Origin: Giardia intestinalis
Lineage: Eukaryota
Strand: one strand, 5' to 3'
DNA: 64,000 bases
Assembly: GCA_000002435.2 (NCBI GenBank)
Contig: CM018792.1
Position 1 is the first letter of the stretch. Each line of letters starts with the position of its first letter. Both the position numbers and the translations under genes were made by a program. This document shows positions 58,117 through 64,000 of the stretch, one piece after another. The notes beneath the pieces are model-generated. The model worked only from the letters and a program-made list of their open reading frames with translations. It did not search any database and was not told where the DNA came from.

Positions 58117-60627
58117 ATGGATTCTGCGCCACTCGCCGTCGCGATCCGGGAGCACGTCCCGGGCCCGAGGCCCCCGCCGCGGCCGTCCGGGGGGCGGTCC
58201 CTCTTCGCGCAGGCCGTGGCCGCCGGGGCCGGGCAGACCGGAAGGCCCTTCGCCCTCGGGCAGCCCCCGCCGCGCGCCCCGGCCCCAGCGCCGCCCCGGG
58301 GCCCCCCACCGCCCCCCGCCGCAGAGGACCCGGGCGGGCCCCTCCTCGGGTACGGGGGCGCCGCAGACCCGGAGGCCGTCCCGTTCTGCAGCGCGGCGGA
58401 CATCGGGCTCCTCTGCCGGTCGACGAACCCCGCTCAGCGCGAGTACGGGCTCCGGATGCTCGCGAACGCCGTCGCGCTCCGGCGCGTCCGGGACGGCGGC
58501 GCCCCCGATCCCGTCCTCGAGGCCCTGCTCTGCCTCCCCGCCGACCCGCACGCGTGCCCCTCGTCTGCCGGCCACCTCCTCCTCCTGGGCCTGCGAGACG
58601 CCCTGGAGTCCGGGAGCCCCGGCCTCCTCGACGCCGCCCTCTCCGGCCTCGCCACGGTCTTCGTCGCCGACGAGGGCTTCCTCAGCGAGACCGTCCACGT
58701 CGGGGCCGCGCTGCTCGGGCTGACGTCCAGCTCGGTCGCCTTCCCCCTCGGCTCCCTGCTGCGGCGGCTCGTCGAGCACGGGCTCCCGGGGCTCCTGGGC
58801 CAGGCCCTCGACGCCGCCGCGCGCGCAGACGAGCGGCGCCGGGAGCGGCTCGCCCACAGCGCGTACCTGCTGGCCGAGCGCGTGCTCATCGGCTGCTGCC
58901 CCGCAGACGAGCCCCCGGAGACCGCCGCCGGCCTGCGGGCCCTCGCGGAGCGGCTCCTCGCGGCGCTCCTGGGCGAGCTCGCCGGGCTGGCGGAGACGGG
59001 GGCCTTCCTGACGACCGCCTCCCGCGTCGCCCTCCGGACGCTCTGCTACGACCACGTCCTCGACGGCCACGCGCTCGGCCGGGACGCCGTCGCCCTCCTC
59101 GTCGAGTCCCTCGAGGCGTTCGTCGGGGCGCTCCCCGGCCAGGACGAGGCGGTCCGCACAGAGCTCCTCTCGGCCGCCACGCTCCACTACCTCCTCGTCG
59201 CCCGGGTCCTGCGGGGGAGCCCCGAGCTCTGCGCCCTGCACGCGGCCGTCTCTGCGACGTGCGCCGCCGCCCTGGAGCGCCACGCCCCGGCCGCCCCCGC
59301 GGAGCTCAGCGCGCTCCTCGTCCTGCTCCGGATCCTCCGGGCCCGGGCCGCCGTCCCCCGCGCGCGCCTGGGGCTCTCGGAGGCATGCTTCCGGCGGCTG
59401 GTCGACTGGCGGGCCCCGCCCGAGGCCGGGGGCTTCGCGCTGCCTCGGGGGCCCTCCGCGGCGTTCGCCCCGTTCTACGCCCTCGCGGCCGTCCAGTGGC
59501 GCGGCCCGGGCGAGTGGGGCGCGGCGGAGGCCTGGGTCGGCTGCGTGATGGACGTCCTCGCCAGCGGGCCCCCGGTCGCGCGCTGGGCGCCCCCGGCCGT
59601 CGACGCCCACCGGCGGGCAGGCGTGCTCCCGTGCGCGGTGACCGACGCAGGGGTCGCCCTCGCGCTCCTCGTCGCGGCCCTGGCGGCCGTCTGGGGCCCC
59701 GGGCTCCCGTTTGCCGCCGGCCTCGCCGAGCGGGTCGGGGAGCGCCTGGCAGGGCTCCCGGCCGAGTTCCGGTTCGTCGTCGCGTTCCCGCTCGCCCGGC
59801 TCCTCCCCCCGCTGCCCGCTATCGAGTGCGGGCTCTACCCGAACGCGGCGCTCCTCGGGGCGCTCCGGGCCGTCACGGGCCACCCGGGCTACGACCCCGC
59901 GGCAGAGGCGCTTGCGCACGTCGACGCCCGCTGCCCGTGCCCCGCGCTCGCGGCCCTCCACGCGGCGTGCGTGCTCGCCTCGGACGGGATGCGGCGCGAC
60001 GGGGCGTGGCGGCTCGCGGTCCTCCGGCTCGCGCTGCAGCGCCTGGCCGGGCTGGAGACCGCAGGGGCCGCCCGGGGCCGCGTCCTCGCGTACGGGCTCC
60101 TCTGCGTCCTCGACACGCTGACGGGCGTCTGTCGCCTCCCCCCGGACGCCGCGGCCCTCCTCGCGGAGACGCTCGCCGGGGTCCTCCGCCTCGCCCGCGC
60201 AGGCCCCGCCCCCGCCGCCGAGCTCCTCTACGCAGCGCCCGCCGGGGGGCTCCGGACGCTCGACGCCGCCGCCGGCGCGTTTGTCGAGGGCCTCCACGGG
60301 GGCGCGGCGGTGCTCCCCGAGGCCCCGCTCGTCTACCTCGCGCTCCTCCACCCGCAGCTCGTCCCGGACCCCCGCCGCCGGGCAGAGCTCTGGTCCGGGC
60401 TCGCGCTCCTGCGGCTCGACTTCGCGGCGCTCGACGGGGGCCTCCTCGCGGGGCTCTGCGAAGACGACCCCGCGCCCGTCCTCGCGTGCCTCGCGTGCTA
60501 CGAGCGCCGCGCAGAGACCGCCCTGTCGCGCCGCGTCCTCGCCCGGTACGCAGAGGCCCACCGGGGGCAGAGGCCCGACCGGGTCGTCGTCGCGGCCGTC
60601 GAGGAGGCCCTCCGACCAGCGGGCTAG
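58117..60627 (+). CDS. island gene C, copy 2 (836 aa, Ala/Leu-rich)
   Basis: Same frame and length as copy 1. One difference noticed: Q->R in ALPQGPS. Confidence 0.7.
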   Translation: MDSAPLAVAIREHVPGPRPPPRPSGGRSLFAQAVAAGAGQTGRPFALGQPPPRAPAPAPPRGPPPPPAAEDPGGPLLGYGGAADPEAVPFCSAADIGLLCRSTNPAQREYGLRMLANAVALRRVRDGGAPDPVLEALLCLPADPHACPSSAGHLLLLGLRDALESGSPGLLDAALSGLATVFVADEGFLSETVHVGAALLGLTSSSVAFPLGSLLRRLVEHGLPGLLGQALDAAARADERRRERLAHSAYLLAERVLIGCCPADEPPETAAGLRALAERLLAALLGELAGLAETGAFLTTASRVALRTLCYDHVLDGHALGRDAVALLVESLEAFVGALPGQDEAVRTELLSAATLHYLLVARVLRGSPELCALHAAVSATCAAALERHAPAAPAELSALLVLLRILRARAAVPRARLGLSEACFRRLVDWRAPPEAGGFALPRGPSAAFAPFYALAAVQWRGPGEWGAAEAWVGCVMDVLASGPPVARWAPPAVDAHRRAGVLPCAVTDAGVALALLVAALAAVWGPGLPFAAGLAERVGERLAGLPAEFRFVVAFPLARLLPPLPAIECGLYPNAALLGALRAVTGHPGYDPAAEALAHVDARCPCPALAALHAACVLASDGMRRDGAWRLAVLRLALQRLAGLETAGAARGRVLAYGLLCVLDTLTGVCRLPPDAAALLAETLAGVLRLARAGPAPAAELLYAAPAGGLRTLDAAAGAFVEGLHGGAAVLPEAPLVYLALLHPQLVPDPRRRAELWSGLALLRLDFAALDGGLLAGLCEDDPAPVLACLACYERRAETALSRRVLARYAEAHRGQRPDRVVVAAVEEALRPAG

Positions 60628-60634
60628 CGTTCAC

Positions 60635-61564
60635 TCAATCAGGGGCACCTGACCCCAGGGCGGCCCGCAGGCCCGCGACCTCCCCCCGGAGCCGGGCGAC
60701 CTCGTCCTCCAGGGCCTTGAAGCGCAGGGCCGTCGCGACCGCAGGCGCCCCGCCCTCTGCGTCGAGGAGCTCCACGAGGGCCGCGGCGGTGAGGCGGCGC
60801 TCCGGCTCCAGGACGAGGAGGTGGGCGAGGACGCCCCGGACGACGGGGTCCCCGACCGCGCCCAGGTCCGGCCGCCAGCCCGCGACGTAGACCTCCGCGG
60901 GGGCCCGCCCGGAGAGGAACGGGGGCCTGCCGCCCGCCGCGAGCTCGTAGGCGACCATCCCGAGGCTCCACATGTCCGCGGCCGGCGTGTGGCTCCCGCC
61001 CCGCAGGACCTCCGGCGCGGCGTAGACGGGGACGGCCATGGAGGCGAGCCCCCCGGGGCCCTCCCTGCAGAGCCCGAAGTCGGAGATGGCGAACTCCGCC
61101 CCGGCCTCGTCGAGGAGGACGTTCGCGGGCCGCAGGTCGCAGTGCGTGAGGGCGGGGAGCGGGGCGCCCGCGGCGTCGGTCTTCCCGGGCCGGTGGAGGT
61201 AGGCGAGCCCCGCGCCCACCTGGCGGAGGACGGCGACGACCATCTCGCGCAGGGCGAGCTGCCTTCTGCGGCGGAGGCTCCGGATGGCCCCGTCGAGGGA
61301 GCCTGCGTAGCGCCGCATCTCGACGTAGATGTAGCCCTCGTGCCGGACGACGCGCCCGTACTCGACGACGTTCGGGTGGCGGAGGCGCGGGAGGGTCCGG
61401 AGCTCGAGCTCGAGCGAGGCCTGCGCGTCGGGGGGCAGCCCGTCGGTCGGGATCTCCTTGACCGCCCTGTCGGGGGCGCTCTTCAGGCCGTAGACGGTCC
61501 CGTGGGCCCCGCTCCCGAGCTCTGCGCCCAGGTCTTCGAGGAGGGCGTCGATGGCCTCGGACAT
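60635..61564 (-). CDS. island Ser/Thr kinase, copy 2
   Basis: Same motifs as copy 1. One substitution noticed: P->L in RRRRQLAPREM. The track ORF extends 15 codons upstream only because the 8-bp insertion changes the upstream frame. The ATG at 61562-61564 retains the aaaaagATG context. Confidence 0.85.
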   Translation of the reverse strand: MSEAIDALLEDLGAELGSGAHGTVYGLKSAPDRAVKEIPTDGLPPDAQASLELELRTLPRLRHPNVVEYGRVVRHEGYIYVEMRRYAGSLDGAIRSLRRRRQLALREMVVAVLRQVGAGLAYLHRPGKTDAAGAPLPALTHCDLRPANVLLDEAGAEFAISDFGLCREGPGGLASMAVPVYAAPEVLRGGSHTPAADMWSLGMVAYELAAGGRPPFLSGRAPAEVYVAGWRPDLGAVGDPVVRGVLAHLLVLEPERRLTAAALVELLDAEGGAPAVATALRFKALEDEVARLRGEVAGLRAALGSGAPD

Positions 61565-62019
61565 CTTTTTAATCCGCGACTGGGCGATTGGGTGATTGGG
61601 CGGGCTCAATCGCTTGGGCTCAGACTGAGATACCGCCTAGCTGAGCGCCGCTCAATGAGGGTGATCGGGCGGAATTGAACGAAAAGGAAAGGACCCGACC
61701 ATCGTTCCAGAGATGGCTTGACCGAGTTCGCCTGTCGACTAGGATCAGATCAGGCAGCTAGTACTGGACTACTCACTATCAATATGTATTCTATCACTGG
61801 AGTTATGGAACAGCTAAGTGAAGTCTATATTCTTAAGATGAATCTTAATTGTCAATAATTGATGTTTACAAATCTGGAGTCTCTGCATCTTAGGTCAATC
61901 CTAAATAGGTAAATATGAGCATGTCCAGATAAAGTTTACTGTCAACCCACATAGTAAGATAAGTTAAAGCAGATTACGACCTCCGAGGTTGAAAGAGGGA
62001 ATGCTTGTTGATGACCTCA

Positions 62020-63588
62020 TTATGGATGCAGTGACGTATTTTCACTTTTCCGTGAGCGGTCCTTCTTTTTCCCACAGCAAAATATGTAGGACACCAAAGC
62101 AATCACTGCAACCAGAATCGGAATAAGTACAAATACAACTATGATACCATTGCTCCTGAGGAAGCTAGATGTCTGAGGGGGGTCAACATCCAAAGCATGC
62201 TCATTCCCTCGCTGAAGAATGTCAGTCCAGACGTTGTCTTCAAGTGTGGGTGCTCTATTGGCATACAATTGATTCGCGTCTTTTCCTTTTAAGGGGAAAT
62301 ACTTTGGTATTTCTGAGTACAGTTCCTGTTCGGTGCACAGTGAGTTCTTCCCGATTGGAGCGTAGAAGTGGCCTTTGCTGCCCCAGTCATCGCCCCAGGA
62401 GTTGCGAACGATCCAGACGTCAATTCCGTTCCGTTTTCCGTACCCTACTATCGTTACTTGATGATCTATAGTCGTATTTTTGCAAGGAACATCAAGAATG
62501 CCTGACTTGTAAGTATGTAGAATCGCTTCAGTTTCTTCTTTTCCATTAGAAATAGTGTTCACAGTAATGACAATGGGGATTCCGCGTGCAAGGAGAGACT
62601 TTGCAACCTTAACGGCGTTCTTAAAGCTATTCTTCTCGAGATATTTGTCATAAACACGAATAAGAGCTGTCTGACAATTAGCCGCAGGTACTATGTTACC
62701 AGGAAGAAACGCTTTTTTAACCTTCATTGATGTGCTGTTCTCTATGCTAGAAGGATTAGCGGATAAATTAACGGCGGTTAAGGGAAAGTTGGTCAACGAC
62801 TCAAGCGTATCTAACCCTTGTTGGTTAGCATAGTCACGAGAAACTCTTAGATAATTACCACCTTCGCAATAATGATTGGCTGGATATGACCTGTTCATGA
62901 TGTACTGCTCTGAAGCCTTGAAGTGAGGGTCCTTGAAGGCATCGTCAATGGTGGAGTCTGACTGAAAGTAATTTCTGGTCAGTCGGACCGATATTTCATA
63001 GAACGCAGCAGAAGCCATTGCCCAGCAGCAGCCACAAGAACCCTGATCTCTAGCTAGATCGATCAAGCCGAGTTCTCGCAAGTCGACAGATGGGGGGAGA
63101 GAAGACAGTGTAGTCAGGGGATTCTTGCGAGAGAAGGCAAATGTCTTGCAATCATAGTTACTCCTCTGAGAGTTCGCAGAAGTAGAGCGACTAAGTTTGA
63201 GCAAGAGCCGCTTGACCGAGAAGGAGAACCGGCGCCAGGGGGTGCTTAGATCAATCATGTCAGCAGGATCAATCGGCACGTACCCATTCTGGCTGATATC
63301 GCGGTTAAGAGTGGGGTTGAGGCCGTATTTAACTGACCCCTCTGTGCGCTCGAGAATGTTGCGGAGGTGACTGAGGTTCTGCGCGTGGCCAGCCCCAAGA
63401 AGAGCCAGATTCTTGCGAAAGTGCTCCAGCGCCGTCTCATACTCCTCAGCGGACCTGTAGAAGTGGGCAAAGTGTGCGTTAAACTCGTCAAAGAGGGTAG
63501 CATCCCCGCGTAGACTATCGATATTTTCGACGCGAGCAAAGGAAACTCCTAGCCAAAAGATTGTTGTGGCACAAAGCATCGACACCAT
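62020..63588 (-). CDS. papain-family (cathepsin B-like) cysteine protease with signal peptide and C-terminal transmembrane anchor
   Basis: N-terminal MVSMLCATTIFWLGVSFA. Active-site Cys block DQGSCGCCWAMASAAF. His in DHQVTIVGYG and Asn in IVRNSWGDDWG. A C-terminal hydrophobic segment IIVVFVLIPILVAVIALVSYIF is followed by a basic tail. Confidence 0.85.
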   Translation of the reverse strand: MVSMLCATTIFWLGVSFARVENIDSLRGDATLFDEFNAHFAHFYRSAEEYETALEHFRKNLALLGAGHAQNLSHLRNILERTEGSVKYGLNPTLNRDISQNGYVPIDPADMIDLSTPWRRFSFSVKRLLLKLSRSTSANSQRSNYDCKTFAFSRKNPLTTLSSLPPSVDLRELGLIDLARDQGSCGCCWAMASAAFYEISVRLTRNYFQSDSTIDDAFKDPHFKASEQYIMNRSYPANHYCEGGNYLRVSRDYANQQGLDTLESLTNFPLTAVNLSANPSSIENSTSMKVKKAFLPGNIVPAANCQTALIRVYDKYLEKNSFKNAVKVAKSLLARGIPIVITVNTISNGKEETEAILHTYKSGILDVPCKNTTIDHQVTIVGYGKRNGIDVWIVRNSWGDDWGSKGHFYAPIGKNSLCTEQELYSEIPKYFPLKGKDANQLYANRAPTLEDNVWTDILQRGNEHALDVDPPQTSSFLRSNGIIVVFVLIPILVAVIALVSYIFCCGKKKDRSRKSENTSLHP

Positions 63589-64000
63589 AGCACGCTATCT
63601 TTAAAAGTTGTGCAAATTTTACACTTGCTTATAATTGTAAATATAAGCATTTCTTTAATTGTACTGTAAAAGAAGATTTATCGGAAACAGAGCACAGTGG
63701 GGTCAAGGAGACGCACAATCAGAGTGGTCATATTTCCTGCAATATTCCATTTTTCCAAGAAAAATCTTGACCAAAACAATGAAGACTGACGTGTAGATAG
63801 ATCGATTGGAGATTGGGGCCGTTGCAAATCATCACGTGAGCAGAAGCGTGAAGAAGACGTTCCGCTTTCGACAAGTGCAGATTAAAAAAGTCAGGCAGAT
63901 AGGACCTTTTTGCTGCTTACGTGCTCAGGCTCATGGCTATCAGTTTTCTATGTTACACATCTATCGATGGGCGTATAAAGAGGCTACAATTGGTTTCAAA

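Larger units (their letters stand above)
56304..61624. repeat. copy 2 of the ~5.3-kb GC-rich four-gene island (direct repeat of 18004-23316)
   Basis: Collinear with copy 1 at an offset of 38300 bp. Examples of the few substitutions: gggggtctgc versus ggaggtctgc, and cttgcgtgctgccac versus cttgtctgctgccgc. An 8-bp tandem insertion attgggcg sits near the right edge (61594-61601). The copy lies in AT-rich non-coding DNA. Confidence 0.9.

Noticed and set aside
56304-61624. Considered that the second island copy is an assembly duplication artefact of the first.
   Set aside because: The copies differ by multiple substitutions, some changing amino acids, and by an 8-bp indel. They have entirely different flanking sequence on both sides. 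This argues for two real loci, although only read-level data can confirm it.

Overview
This 64-kb window looks like a compact protist genome at roughly 45-50% GC. Genes are intron-less and tightly packed, each ATG is preceded by a short AT-rich initiator, and AGTRAAY-type polyA signals sit at or just after stop codons. I recognise a WNK kinase, ankyrin-repeat 'protein 21.1'-like genes, a high-cysteine EGF-like protein, PACRG and a kinesin. Together these suggest a flagellated diplomonad such as Giardia; that is inference from gene content, not a search result. About 40 protein-coding genes can be supported, including HIT, a RhoGAP-domain protein, NOG1, an INO80/SWR1-like SNF2 ATPase, type-I asparaginase, RPL31e, RPL23A, RPS14, acylphosphatase, a Yip1/Yif1 membrane protein and a cathepsin-B-like protease. 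Many ORF-track starts are TTG/GTG codons rendered as M, so I moved those to the first in-frame ATG.

Two things stand out.

1. A ~5.3-kb segment of extreme GC content (estimated by eye at ~75% GC, third-codon-position GC above 90%) occurs twice in direct orientation, at 18004-23316 and 56304-61624. The copies are about 99% identical. Each carries the same four-gene cassette: a small protein and an acidic, disordered protein transcribed divergently from a palindromic AT spacer, then an 836-aa Ala/Leu-rich helical protein, then a convergent Ser/Thr kinase with an atypical HCDLRPAN catalytic loop. Despite the alien composition, all four genes use host-style AT-rich initiators and AGTGAAC polyA signals. 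This is the best candidate in the window for a previously undescribed element or system.

2. A free-standing gene at 7985-9307 is, by my alignment from memory, a domesticated VMA1-type intein (Hint plus LAGLIDADG, HO-like). All three splicing-critical residues are substituted.

I found no tRNA, rRNA, CRISPR or recognisable transposon-protein genes.
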